Made by a program: the position numbers and the translations under genes. A DNA stretch of 64,000 nt from Candidatus Helarchaeota archaeon. GTDB lineage: Archaea; Asgardarchaeota; Lokiarchaeia; Helarchaeales; RDOG01. Each line of letters opens with the position of its first letter. The first letter of the stretch is position 1. This document shows, piece by piece, positions 29,028 through 38,951 of this stretch. The DNA lies in assembly GCA_019058315.1 (NCBI GenBank), contig JAHPZH010000001.1, forward strand, positions 1 through 64,000. The letters run 5' to 3'. The notes below the pieces were generated by a model that saw nothing but the letters and a program-made list of their open reading frames with translations, ran no database searches and was not told where the DNA came from.

Positions 29028-30122
29028 CTATTTATTATCATAACCAAGGTTTGCTATTATATCTAATGGATCAATTATATCTTTTGAGGGTATACTTTTG
29101 GTGAATTGAACCATTGGATTGTGTTTTGCTTGTAAATCTCCAGCAACTGAAGCCGCTGCCTTTGCAATATTTTTTAAACTTTTAGAAATACCCAATAAAC
29201 CTAATATAATGTTAATATCCTTATGATTCTTTAAAATCTCAGTTGCTATTTGGGATTCAATTTCTCTAACCTCAGATAAACTGTTGATTACATCATTAGC
29301 TCGAATAAAATCGTTTTTAAAAAATGCCAAAATTGCGTTTTGTTGCATTTTTAAGATAAATTTAGACATATTTGCAAACTTTTGTCTTAATTGAGCATTT
29401 ATATCATAATCTTTTAAATTAATCGCTTGTTTAGCAATTTCTACTGAACTATGAGCCTTCTTACTTAAATCTCGCGACATAATTAGCCCTATGACACAAT
29501 CAATTTTTTCATTAGCAGTACAAATTTCATCAGGACTAACTCGACCAGTTAATGTTAAATTTAGTTGACGTAACATTAACCTGAATAATTTATCAACTTC
29601 ATGTTCTCTATTAATAACATCAACTGCCAGTGCTTCATCTTTATTAAAAAATGATTTCATGGCATCATTATGCATTGAAGCCACAAGTGTGAAGATTCGT
29701 TTTATTAAACTGTTTAAAGGAAACTTAACTGGGTCTACCAAGACTCTAATGGTAACTTCATTAGCAAATTCTTCAGAAATTTCTGCACCTATTAAATTTG
29801 TTGTCGCTTCCTTTAATAATTTTTTACGTTGAGGTGTTATGGTATCTTCTGATACTATAGTTGTTATATCTGTACCTTGAATATAAGCACTATTTATCAT
29901 TCGCTCTAACGAGTTAGGTTCAATAAAATCTTCAGTTTTCAAGACGAATTTTAATTCATTATTGTTAAAATTTTTCATTGGTCGAATATATAAATTACCA
30001 TAATTGTCTTGGTTAATAACTAATTCATCCCCACGATTAATACTCATTTCATTTACCCAAGATTTAGGTAAGGTTAAAAAAAAACTTCCACTAGCTGTAG
30101 TCTGAATTTTTCTTGTTTCCAT
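29028..30122 (-). CDS. phoU: AbrB-PhoU family regulator (archaeal phosphate-uptake regulator type)
   Basis: METRKIQTTASGSFFLTLPKSW (AbrB) followed by two PhoU helical repeats (DEALAVDVINREHEVDKLF). Confidence 0.85.
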   Translation of the reverse strand: METRKIQTTASGSFFLTLPKSWVNEMSINRGDELVINQDNYGNLYIRPMKNFNNNELKFVLKTEDFIEPNSLERMINSAYIQGTDITTIVSEDTITPQRKKLLKEATTNLIGAEISEEFANEVTIRVLVDPVKFPLNSLIKRIFTLVASMHNDAMKSFFNKDEALAVDVINREHEVDKLFRLMLRQLNLTLTGRVSPDEICTANEKIDCVIGLIMSRDLSKKAHSSVEIAKQAINLKDYDINAQLRQKFANMSKFILKMQQNAILAFFKNDFIRANDVINSLSEVREIESQIATEILKNHKDINIILGLLGISKSLKNIAKAAASVAGDLQAKHNPMVQFTKSIPSKDIIDPLDIIANLGYDNK

Positions 30123-30317
30123 TTTAGTTCCAACACAACTATCAGTTTTTTATTAAATAATGTTCTAAAATTAAGTATATAAATTTACATACTTATATAT
30201 ATCGTATAGTATACATATAAAGAGGATAGACATACATAATATACAATTATAATCAATTATTGACTTTTTACAGAAAGTATAAATTAAGCGTTTCATTTAT
30301 TTTTAATTGAGAATAAA

Positions 30318-31235
30318 ATGAATGAAAAATTAATTATTTCGGTTCAGGACGCAGGAAAGGCACGAGGAAAAAGAATATATTTTACTAATAGAGATTTAAA
30401 TAAAATTAAAGAAAAATATGGCGAAGATTTCTTTCTTTTCCAAGAAAAAAAATTAATTGCGCAAATAGACTTGTCAAATGATAAAATAACAATTACTCCA
30501 CTCACCAAATTCAACCCCGAAAAAATCGGTGCAACTGGTGACACGGTATTAAAATACGATCAGGTTAATGAATATACCACTGTAGTTGAAGAAAATAAGG
30601 AATTTGCTAATTTTAATTATAATCTTGATGAACTTAATTACGAACCCTCACAATTAGATTTCTATATTCCTATGGATGGAAAAGGTGAAAAATATTGGAT
30701 TGCCGAAGTGATTTTAGGAGAAAAATTGGCATTCTATAGTGTAGGAAATTCAATTTCCATTGTAAAAAAGGAAAATAAAAGAAAAGCAAAGAAATATTTT
30801 CCTGGCATTTTAAATCTTAAAAATGTTGAAATTAATTATGTAAATGATTATCTAGTATATTCACCCGTTCCTAGTTTCATTGCTGATACTGCATATAACC
30901 AAATATCAAAAAAGAAAATTAATGGTACAGAAATTCCAGCAAAAATTTCTGTTCCTAGTGATGCCGATCTAACCCCCATAGTTGATATGAATAAAGGTAA
31001 GATAAAAGGTCTTGCGATAAAGAAAAGAGAACTACTAGCAAAATATGAAATTAATGCAATTGTTTCAGAAAAATATAATGTAGAGGATCTTAAGATTACC
31101 GAACTTAATGGTGAACTTATTTGGGAAGTTCTTACAAATGAAGGAAAACGATATTTCGATCCTTTTACTGGAATCGAATATGATGGCCTATCTAAAATTA
31201 AAAATCCTACTAAATCAGTAAAAAGCGTGAATTAA
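30318..31235 (+). CDS. Hypothetical protein: AbrB-like N-domain and PepSY-like C-terminus
   Basis: ISVQDAGKARGKRIYFT...ITITP resembles the N-domain of 28251-28733; C-terminal ELNGELIWEV...YFDPFTG. Confidence 0.6.
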   Translation: MNEKLIISVQDAGKARGKRIYFTNRDLNKIKEKYGEDFFLFQEKKLIAQIDLSNDKITITPLTKFNPEKIGATGDTVLKYDQVNEYTTVVEENKEFANFNYNLDELNYEPSQLDFYIPMDGKGEKYWIAEVILGEKLAFYSVGNSISIVKKENKRKAKKYFPGILNLKNVEINYVNDYLVYSPVPSFIADTAYNQISKKKINGTEIPAKISVPSDADLTPIVDMNKGKIKGLAIKKRELLAKYEINAIVSEKYNVEDLKITELNGELIWEVLTNEGKRYFDPFTGIEYDGLSKIKNPTKSVKSVN

Positions 31236-31627
31236 AAAAATAAATTTCATAATTTTAAACGTTATTCTCCTATTTTTTGTATTTTTTTAAAAATATTTCA
31301 TTGTTATATGTCTAAAAAGAATCTTAAATTGAGAAAAAATTATTTTTCTAATAAATTATGACCCTAAATATTTCATTTTAACCATCATTTAAGCTATTTT
31401 TATTGAAATTATTTACTGGTTTAATGAAAATTATTAATAAAACGTGCTTTGAAATAAATGAAGTTGAATCTCTGAAAAAGGAATTTCACAAATTTACAAA
31501 TAGTCTATAATTTTATTTTGCACGCATATCTTAAGAAAGATTTAAATTAAAATTGAGAATTTGTTATTTGGACACTTTAAGACTAAAATAAAATCAAATA
31601 GTTATAATTAACAAGAATTGTGGTTAA

Positions 31628-34600
31628 ATGAAGTCAAATCAAATGTTAGTTATTGGCGGTGGTGTAAGTGGTATCAGTGCAGCATTAGATCTGGCAGATC
31701 AAGGTTTCAAAACATACTTAATAGAGAGTTATCCATCCGTCGGAGGTAGAATGGCACAATTAGACAAGACATTTCCTACATTAGATTGTTCGATTTGCAT
31801 TTTAGCTCCGAAAATGGTCGAGGTTGCCCGTCATGAGAGAATAGAGCTTTTAACGTACTCAGAGGTTAAAGAAGTTCAAAAATTAGATAATGGAAATTTT
31901 AAAGTTAAGATAGTTAAGAAAGCACGATATGTTGATGATTCAAAATGCACCGGTTGCGGAGTTTGTGCCGAAAAATGTCCTATAAAAAAGATTCCCCATG
32001 AATTTGAAGCAGAAATGACCAATAGAACTGCAATTTATATCCCCTTTCCCCAAGCAGTTCCCCGAAAAGCAGTTATTGATACTGAAAATTGCCTATATTT
32101 TCAAAAAGGCATTTGTAAAGCATGCGAAAAATTTTGTCAAGCAGGAGCTATAGACTTCGAACAAAAAGATGAAGAAATTGAAGTCGAAGTCGCTTCAATA
32201 GTTGTTGCTACAGGATTTGATTTAATTGATCCTTCTACAGTATCTGCTCGATTTGGTTATAAAAAATATCCCAATGTGGTGACTAGCCTTCAATATGAGC
32301 GGATTCTGAGTGCCTCAGGACCTTATGGTGGAGAAGTATTGCGTCCTTCTGATAAAAAACATCCGCATAAAATAGCATTTATGTTATGTGTGGGCAGTCG
32401 TAACACAGATAAGAAAGCCAAGTCTTATTGTAGTAAATTCTGTTGCATGTATAGTTGTAAGGATTCAATTATCACTAAGGAACATGCACCAGATGTAGAT
32501 GTGACAATTTTTTATAATGACTTGAGAACTATTGGAAAAGGCCATGAGGAATTTTTTGTAAGAGCTGAAAATGAGTATGGTATTAATTTCATTAATGGTT
32601 TACCTGCTTATATTGAAGAAGATCCTTTAACAAATGATCTGATTGTTCAATATGAAAATATCAAAGAGGGAACCATTCAAACTGAAACGTTCAATATGAT
32701 TATTCTAGCACCAGCTGTAATTCCAAGAAGTGATTCAACTGAATTAGGGAAAATTTTAGGCATTAAAGTTGATGAAAACGGTTTTTTCGAGCCTACTAAT
32801 TCAGCCAATATTCTTGAATCATCTGTTGAAGGAATATATCTTGTCGGATCTTGTCAGAGTCCAGAAGATATCTCACATTCGGTTGCAAAAGCATGTGGTG
32901 CTTCGGCTCTAGCGGGTTCACGAGGTCGTCCTGATTTTGAAGTTGGAAAGAAGCTAGAAGTTCCAGAAAGGATAGTTTTACCCACTGATCCCCCAAGGAT
33001 AGGTGTATTTATCTGTCATTGTGGAATAAATATTGGTGGGGTTGTTGATGTCCCAAAAGTGGTAGAATATGTAAAAACACTCCCCAATGTTGTTTATGCT
33101 ACTGAAAATCTCTATACCTGTTCTGAAGATTCTCAAGTTCTTATAAAAGAGGCAATTGAAAAAAATGACCTTAATCGAGTAATCGTAGCAGCATGTACAC
33201 CAAGAACTCATGAGCCATTATTTAGGGAAACAATCAAAGAGGTTGGCTTAAATCCATATCTATTTACATTTGCAAGTATACGAGAACTTGTTTCTTGGGT
33301 TCATATGAAAGAACCTGAAGCCGCTACTGATAAAGCTAAAGATATGGTAAGAATGGCGATTTCACGATCAAGGTATTTAGAACCTCAAACTACAATTGAA
33401 GCTGATGTGAGACAATCTGTTCTAGTCATAGGAGGCGGAATCGCAGGGTTAAGTGCAGCTAATGCAATAGGAATTAGGGGCTATCGTGTGCATCTGATCG
33501 AACAAAAAGATCATTTAGGAGGTCTATTAACCGAACTTGATTCGATCAATTTTGAACGAATTAATGCTAAGGATTTTATCAACCAAGTAATCGAAAATGT
33601 AAAAGCTAATGCCCAAATAAAAATCTACACCAATACCATTATTAAAGACATTCATGGTTCAATTGGAGATTTTAATGTTGACCTTAATATTAATGGAGAA
33701 ATAAAAAACGTTAAAGTTGGGGCTATAATTGTAGCAGCAGGATCTGACCTATCTAAAGATGGTATATTTGGTTATGGAACTCATCCAAATATTTACACTC
33801 AACTTGAATTCATTAAGAAATTCGAAAATAAGGAATTTAAAGATGGTGAAAATTTCGCATTTATTCAGTGTGCAGGACAACGAGATCCAGAAGGATTGAC
33901 CTATTGTTCGAACATTTGTTGTGAAGTTGCAATAAAAAGTTCGATGCAGATTAAAGAAATCTATCCTAATTCTAATGTGTGTATCTTATATCGTGATATA
34001 CGAGTAGAACCTGAAGGGGAAGAATATTATCGAAAATCAAGAGAAAATACAGCTTATTTAAAATACGTAGAAAAACCAAGAGTTTCAGTTGGTTCTGATA
34101 ATAAAATTATGATTCAGGTCAAGAATGTATTGACTGGTTCAGATATAGAATTGCCTGTTGATCATTTAATTCTTGCAACTCCAATGATAGCTTATCCAGA
34201 TAATAAAAAACTTTCCGAATTTTTGAAAGTTCCTCTAGGACCGATGGGATTCTTCTTGGAAGCTCATCCAAAGCTAAGACCCGTCGATTTTGCTACAGAT
34301 GGAATTTTTGTTTGTGGTGCAGCTCAAAGTCCTAAAAATGTAGCTGATTCCATAAGTCAAGCATTAGGTGCTGCTTCTAGAGCGTTGCGATTCATTGAAA
34401 GAGGAAAGGTTGAGAGTGAAGCCATCACGGCGTGGGTGGACCCAAATCTATGTATAAGTTGCGGAATGTGTCAACATATTTGTCCATATGGTGCAATTGG
34501 AATTAGAGTTGAGGAAGGTAAAATAGTTTCCGAAGTAAATCAATTATTGTGTAAAGGTTGTGGAACATGTAGTGTTGTATGCCCTGCCCAAGCCATTACA

Positions 34601-35089
34601 ATGCGCCATTATGGTATGGAACCCATATTAGATATGGTTCATGAAGCAGTAGCGATACAACCACCTGAAGATGAACCAAGAGTTGTAGCTTTCTTGTGTA
34701 ATTGGTGTTGTTACGCCGGCGCAGATAATGCGGGTGTTAGTCGATTTCAATATCCACCTAATATCAGAGTGATAAGATTAATGTGTAGTGGTCGTGTTGA
34801 TCCACTATTTGTTCTCGAAGCATTTGCAAGTGGCGCAGATGGTGTATTCATCGGAGGATGCCACATAGGAGATTGTCACTATATTTCGGGCAACGAAAAG
34901 GCATATCGGAGAGTCATAAAGCTTAAAAAAACATTAGAAGAGGTGGGCATCGATCCTGCAAGATTTAAGTTAGAATGGGTATCGGCTAGTGAAGGCAAGA
35001 TTTTCCAAAAAGTAATAACTGAATTTGTTCAAGAGTTGAAAAAATTAGGTCCTAGTAAATTAAGACCAAAAATACTTGGAGGTAATTAA
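31628..35089 (+). CDS. hdrA: Long-form HdrA fused to a C-terminal MvhD
   Basis: HdrA motifs plus terminal AFLCNWCCYAGAD...GCHIGDCHY...WVSASEG. Confidence 0.92.
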   Translation: MKSNQMLVIGGGVSGISAALDLADQGFKTYLIESYPSVGGRMAQLDKTFPTLDCSICILAPKMVEVARHERIELLTYSEVKEVQKLDNGNFKVKIVKKARYVDDSKCTGCGVCAEKCPIKKIPHEFEAEMTNRTAIYIPFPQAVPRKAVIDTENCLYFQKGICKACEKFCQAGAIDFEQKDEEIEVEVASIVVATGFDLIDPSTVSARFGYKKYPNVVTSLQYERILSASGPYGGEVLRPSDKKHPHKIAFMLCVGSRNTDKKAKSYCSKFCCMYSCKDSIITKEHAPDVDVTIFYNDLRTIGKGHEEFFVRAENEYGINFINGLPAYIEEDPLTNDLIVQYENIKEGTIQTETFNMIILAPAVIPRSDSTELGKILGIKVDENGFFEPTNSANILESSVEGIYLVGSCQSPEDISHSVAKACGASALAGSRGRPDFEVGKKLEVPERIVLPTDPPRIGVFICHCGINIGGVVDVPKVVEYVKTLPNVVYATENLYTCSEDSQVLIKEAIEKNDLNRVIVAACTPRTHEPLFRETIKEVGLNPYLFTFASIRELVSWVHMKEPEAATDKAKDMVRMAISRSRYLEPQTTIEADVRQSVLVIGGGIAGLSAANAIGIRGYRVHLIEQKDHLGGLLTELDSINFERINAKDFINQVIENVKANAQIKIYTNTIIKDIHGSIGDFNVDLNINGEIKNVKVGAIIVAAGSDLSKDGIFGYGTHPNIYTQLEFIKKFENKEFKDGENFAFIQCAGQRDPEGLTYCSNICCEVAIKSSMQIKEIYPNSNVCILYRDIRVEPEGEEYYRKSRENTAYLKYVEKPRVSVGSDNKIMIQVKNVLTGSDIELPVDHLILATPMIAYPDNKKLSEFLKVPLGPMGFFLEAHPKLRPVDFATDGIFVCGAAQSPKNVADSISQALGAASRALRFIERGKVESEAITAWVDPNLCISCGMCQHICPYGAIGIRVEEGKIVSEVNQLLCKGCGTCSVVCPAQAITMRHYGMEPILDMVHEAVAIQPPEDEPRVVAFLCNWCCYAGADNAGVSRFQYPPNIRVIRLMCSGRVDPLFVLEAFASGADGVFIGGCHIGDCHYISGNEKAYRRVIKLKKTLEEVGIDPARFKLEWVSASEGKIFQKVITEFVQELKKLGPSKLRPKILGGN

Positions 35090-35092
35090 AAA

Positions 35093-35761
35093 ATGATAAT
35101 AACTAAAGAAAAACCACTAGAAGAAATATATGCAATGTTAGAACCTCATAAAAAAATATTAATAATAGGTTGTGATGGTTGTTTTCAACCCCCACGCGGA
35201 CTTAAACAAGCAAATTTAACAGCAAAATTAATACAAATTAAGAGAAAACTTGAAAATAAAGGATTCGCGGCAAAAACTGCCACGGTTTTAAGACAATGCG
35301 ATGATGACATAACTGTTTCAACACTCAGACCAATATTGGATGACGAACAATTTGATGCAATTTTATCCCTAGCATGTGGTGTGGGAGTTCAAACGGTTGC
35401 TGAAATTTACGATATACCTGTCTATCCTGCTCAAAATACTTTATTTATGGGATCAAAAATAGGTGATGAGTTTCTCGAAAAATGCGCAGCATGTGGTGAT
35501 TGCCTTTTGGGCTATACTGGAGGTCTCTGTCCTATCGCTAATTGTGCAAAATCATTGGTTAATGGTCCATGTGGTGGCCCAATTGATGGGAAATGCGAAG
35601 TAGGTGAATACAAAAATCAATGTGCTTGGATAGAGATATATAAAAGATTAAATTCGCGTCCTGGTGGTTTAGAACTATTCATGAAATTTAGGACACCTGT
35701 TGATTATAGAAAACGTAGCAATCCACGAAAATCCGCAGAAGAGGTGATCGAGATTGAGTGA
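35093..35761 (+). CDS. metV: Methylenetetrahydrofolate reductase small Fe-S/Zn subunit (MetV, MTHFR_C)
   Basis: GCDGC, RQCD, LACGVGVQ, CAACGDCLL...CPIANCAKSLVNGPCGG...CAW. Confidence 0.88.
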   Translation: MIITKEKPLEEIYAMLEPHKKILIIGCDGCFQPPRGLKQANLTAKLIQIKRKLENKGFAAKTATVLRQCDDDITVSTLRPILDDEQFDAILSLACGVGVQTVAEIYDIPVYPAQNTLFMGSKIGDEFLEKCAACGDCLLGYTGGLCPIANCAKSLVNGPCGGPIDGKCEVGEYKNQCAWIEIYKRLNSRPGGLELFMKFRTPVDYRKRSNPRKSAEEVIEIE

Positions 35762-36686
35762 TAGAATATTCAGTAATTTAATGCGAGAAATTAAAGCTGG
35801 AAGATTCGCGTTTACAGGAGAATTGGAACCAGAGAAAACAACAAACTTACATGAATTAATTGAAGGTGCTAAAGTCATGAAGGACGCAGTGGTTGCTGCC
35901 AATGTCACGGATAATCCTCAATCAATGGCTTATATGTCTAGTCTAGTTGCTTCCTACTCCGTTCAAAAAGAATCTGGATTAGAAATGGTTTATCAATTGC
36001 GGTGTTCTGATAGAAATCGTATTGCATTAATATCGGATCTACTGGGAGCCGGTCATCTCGGAATTAGGAACATCCTTGCTCTCACGGGAGATCATACAGC
36101 TCTTGGGGATACACCTGAAGCAAAACCTGTTTTTGATCTTGATTCAGGTCAACTTTGTTATCTCATTCGTAAAATGGTTGACGAAGGTACTGATTTAAAT
36201 GGTAATGAAATCCATGACCCTCCAAAGTACCATGTTGGAGTAGCTGGAAATCCAAATTGCGTACCAATGGAAGCCGAAATATTAAAAATAGGCAGAAAAA
36301 TCCAAGCAGGAGCCGAATTCGTTCAAACTCAAGTAATTTATGACATTGAATTAGCAAAAAAATTCATAAAGGAAATAGAGCGTTATAAAACTCCTGTTTT
36401 AATCGGCATCTTTCCAATGAAATCCTATGGTGTAGCAAAATATTTTGATCAATATATTCCTGGTGTGAGCGTTCCTAAAGAGATACTTGAAAATATGAAA
36501 GCAGTGAAAAAATCAAATATGGAGAAGAAAGAGAAAAAACAAAAATATGCGGAGATTAACTTCGAATTTTTCGTTCCATTTATACGAGAACTGATGAAAA
36601 ACACTAAAGCCGCAGGAGTTCACGTCATGGCTGTTGCATGGGAACCAATCGTGGTTCAATTAATCAAAAGAGCCCGTGGCGAATAA
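35754..36686 (+). CDS. metF: Methylenetetrahydrofolate reductase MetF
   Basis: TGELEPEK, NVTDN, CSDRNRIAL, NILALTGDH, AGAEFVQTQ, GVHVMA. Confidence 0.9.
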   Translation: MSDRIFSNLMREIKAGRFAFTGELEPEKTTNLHELIEGAKVMKDAVVAANVTDNPQSMAYMSSLVASYSVQKESGLEMVYQLRCSDRNRIALISDLLGAGHLGIRNILALTGDHTALGDTPEAKPVFDLDSGQLCYLIRKMVDEGTDLNGNEIHDPPKYHVGVAGNPNCVPMEAEILKIGRKIQAGAEFVQTQVIYDIELAKKFIKEIERYKTPVLIGIFPMKSYGVAKYFDQYIPGVSVPKEILENMKAVKKSNMEKKEKKQKYAEINFEFFVPFIRELMKNTKAAGVHVMAVAWEPIVVQLIKRARGE

Positions 36687-36720
36687 TTTATTTTTTATTT
36701 TTTTAATTTTTACTAATTTT

Positions 36721-37182
36721 TTATATCTTTTCTGTAAATTCTTTTTGATATTCATTTAAAATAATACAATTTATCACTCTTTTTATACCCTCAATTTTTC
36801 CCACATATTGTTCTAAAAATCTATCTAAATGTGGAATATCAATAAAATTTGCTCGAACCCAAATACCACATTCTCCACTCATAAAAAATAAATGTTCTAC
36901 TTCCGAGAATCCCGATAATTTTTTTGCAATATCTCGGGTTTTAGAAATATCTGGATCTATTCTCAAAAAAGCTTTAATTTTTTTTTCCTTAGAGGGTAGA
37001 TTTACTTGAATTGTATATCTTGATATTACTCCTTTATCTTCTAAAGTTTTGATTCTTCTTCTAACTGTTGTTTCAGTCTTCCCAACTTCCTCAGCAATGA
37101 CTTTTAAAGAGATTTTAGCATCCTTTTTTAGAAATGTTAAAATTCTTTTGTCAATTTCATCCAAATTATATTCCTGTTCCAT
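36721..37182 (-). CDS. Lrp/AsnC transcriptional regulator
   Basis: LDEIDKRILTFLKKDAKISLKVIAEEVGKTETTVRRRIKTLEDKGVI plus a RAM domain. Confidence 0.92.
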   Translation of the reverse strand: MEQEYNLDEIDKRILTFLKKDAKISLKVIAEEVGKTETTVRRRIKTLEDKGVISRYTIQVNLPSKEKKIKAFLRIDPDISKTRDIAKKLSGFSEVEHLFFMSGECGIWVRANFIDIPHLDRFLEQYVGKIEGIKRVINCIILNEYQKEFTEKI

Positions 37183-37312
37183 TCAAAAAACCCATTAAAA
37201 TTTGTTAAATTTCTAATATTATTATTAAAAAAATTTATAAAAATGTTATTTTTAATAAATAAAAATTTTTAATTTGTTAAAAAAACAAAATAAATTGAAG
37301 AATTTTATTAAT

Positions 37313-37507
37313 CATATCTTATAAATATCTTAGGTTAGATAATTCAAATTGAATTAACTTATGTATGACATTTAAATACTAAATAAATCCATTTGTATAA
37401 AATTATACATATCTTATTAAATATCATAGGTTAGATAATTCATATTAAATTTTACTTATGTACGACATTTAAATATGAAAATAAATCTATTTGTATAAAA
37501 TTATACA
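37313..37507. repeat. Two-copy ~97-bp intergenic tandem repeat, each copy ending in the palindrome TGTATAA-N2-TTATACA
   Basis: Copies start at 37313 and 37408; palindromes at 37394-37409 and 37492-37507. Confidence 0.85.
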
Positions 37508-37821
37508 CATTTATCACATAATATGTTAAAAAAGTTGGGAAATCTTATAAATAATAATACTGAATTTAATCATTTTTCAATAAAAAAAATCATGAAAAAT
37601 ATAAATCAATTATTAATTTGTTTTTTTTTTTACATTTTATACATTTATAAACAATATTTATGATCAAATTTATTTCTAAAGCAAATTTATGAATTTTATT
37701 TCATCAAAAATAATAAATTTTAACGCATTTTTGACTAAAAATGGAAGATTTTCCCACTCCGAAATATATAAAAAGCTTTGCATATTAGATTTATATAGAA
37801 AATAATGGATGTTGATGAAAA

Positions 37822-38271
37822 ATGGAATTGATTCAAAAAAGTATTGAAGTAAAACCGGTTATTGAAATACCAAAACTAAAATACCGAAATATTTTGTTAG
37901 ATATAATCTATTTATATTCCACAGTTGAACAAGAAAAATTAGAACAAACAAAAAAATATCCTGTAAAAGGCTCTCGATGTACTAAAAGAAGAGTACCCTC
38001 ATTAGCACCTGTTATGGCGATACTAAATAGAATGCAATATGTGGATGAAAAAATTAATTATTTAAGGGCTTATATAGACGGTCTTGAAAGAACAAGAGAA
38101 ACAATTTATTCTCAGAGAAGTCTTCCAAATATAATTGGTCAAGAAGATTATAGAGCACAAATGAGTGTCTATTTACAGGTTTATCCAGAAATGCTCAAGC
38201 TAGCTCGAAACAAACTTAGAGAGCTAGAAGATGAAAGATACGAAAACAAGACCCTAATTCATAAATTTTAA
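37822..38271 (+). CDS. Hypothetical alpha-helical protein
   Basis: 149-aa ORF with normal codon usage, followed by a T-tract. Confidence 0.7.
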   Translation: MELIQKSIEVKPVIEIPKLKYRNILLDIIYLYSTVEQEKLEQTKKYPVKGSRCTKRRVPSLAPVMAILNRMQYVDEKINYLRAYIDGLERTRETIYSQRSLPNIIGQEDYRAQMSVYLQVYPEMLKLARNKLRELEDERYENKTLIHKF

Positions 38272-38406
38272 TCATTTTTTATTAATTTTAAAGTCAAACT
38301 CAAAATAACACATTTTATTTCTCATAATTTTCTAATTTATTAAATTTCATTACTACTTTTTTCACTCTATCGAAAGTGACTTTTTCCTGTCATTAATAGT
38401 AGGATA

Positions 38407-38808
38407 TTAAACCACTGGAATAGTTAATTTGAAAAGCTGAATATGCTTTTTAAAACTACTTCGACTCAATAGCTTATAAAAACCAGATTGAGTCGCTTTT
38501 TGCATATTCCCAGGGTCTAGAAAAACTTTGCGATCTAGAGCTGCATATAAAAGACGATCTCCATAGTCAACCAAATCTGTTGCCTCTAAAATATGCCGTA
38601 AAATGGAGAAATCAGAAAATTTTACCATCATTTCCCCTTTTCTATCAGTCAATTTAGCGATTTTTATAAAAAGTTGTTTCTCAATTCTTGTAATTTTAAT
38701 AATACAGTTATCTACTTTAATAAAAATAGTATCATCTTTAATAGGTCTCAATTTTTTAAATCTAGAAAATAAATCCTCATATAAGTCAACAACTTCTTGA
38801 CAATCCAT
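38407..38808 (-). CDS. Hypothetical protein, possible SCP2-like lipid-binding fold
   Basis: Helix-beta-beta-beta-helix pattern (IFIKV, IIKITRI, LFIKI, MMVKFSDF..LRHIL, RKVFL). Confidence 0.55.
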   Translation of the reverse strand: MDCQEVVDLYEDLFSRFKKLRPIKDDTIFIKVDNCIIKITRIEKQLFIKIAKLTDRKGEMMVKFSDFSILRHILEATDLVDYGDRLLYAALDRKVFLDPGNMQKATQSGFYKLLSRSSFKKHIQLFKLTIPVV

Positions 38809-38951
38809 GTCTTTATTTTTAATTAATCAAATTATAAATTTATTTTTAACAAATAATACTTCAAAAAAATTTTAAGAAATGCAAATAATTAAAATATTCA
38901 ATTAAATTAGAAACAAATCAAAAACTATACTATTTACATATGGTGAAAAAA

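Noticed and set aside
37313-37507. Mini-CRISPR or MITE
   Set aside because: Only two contiguous copies, with no spacer, terminal inverted repeats or target-site duplication
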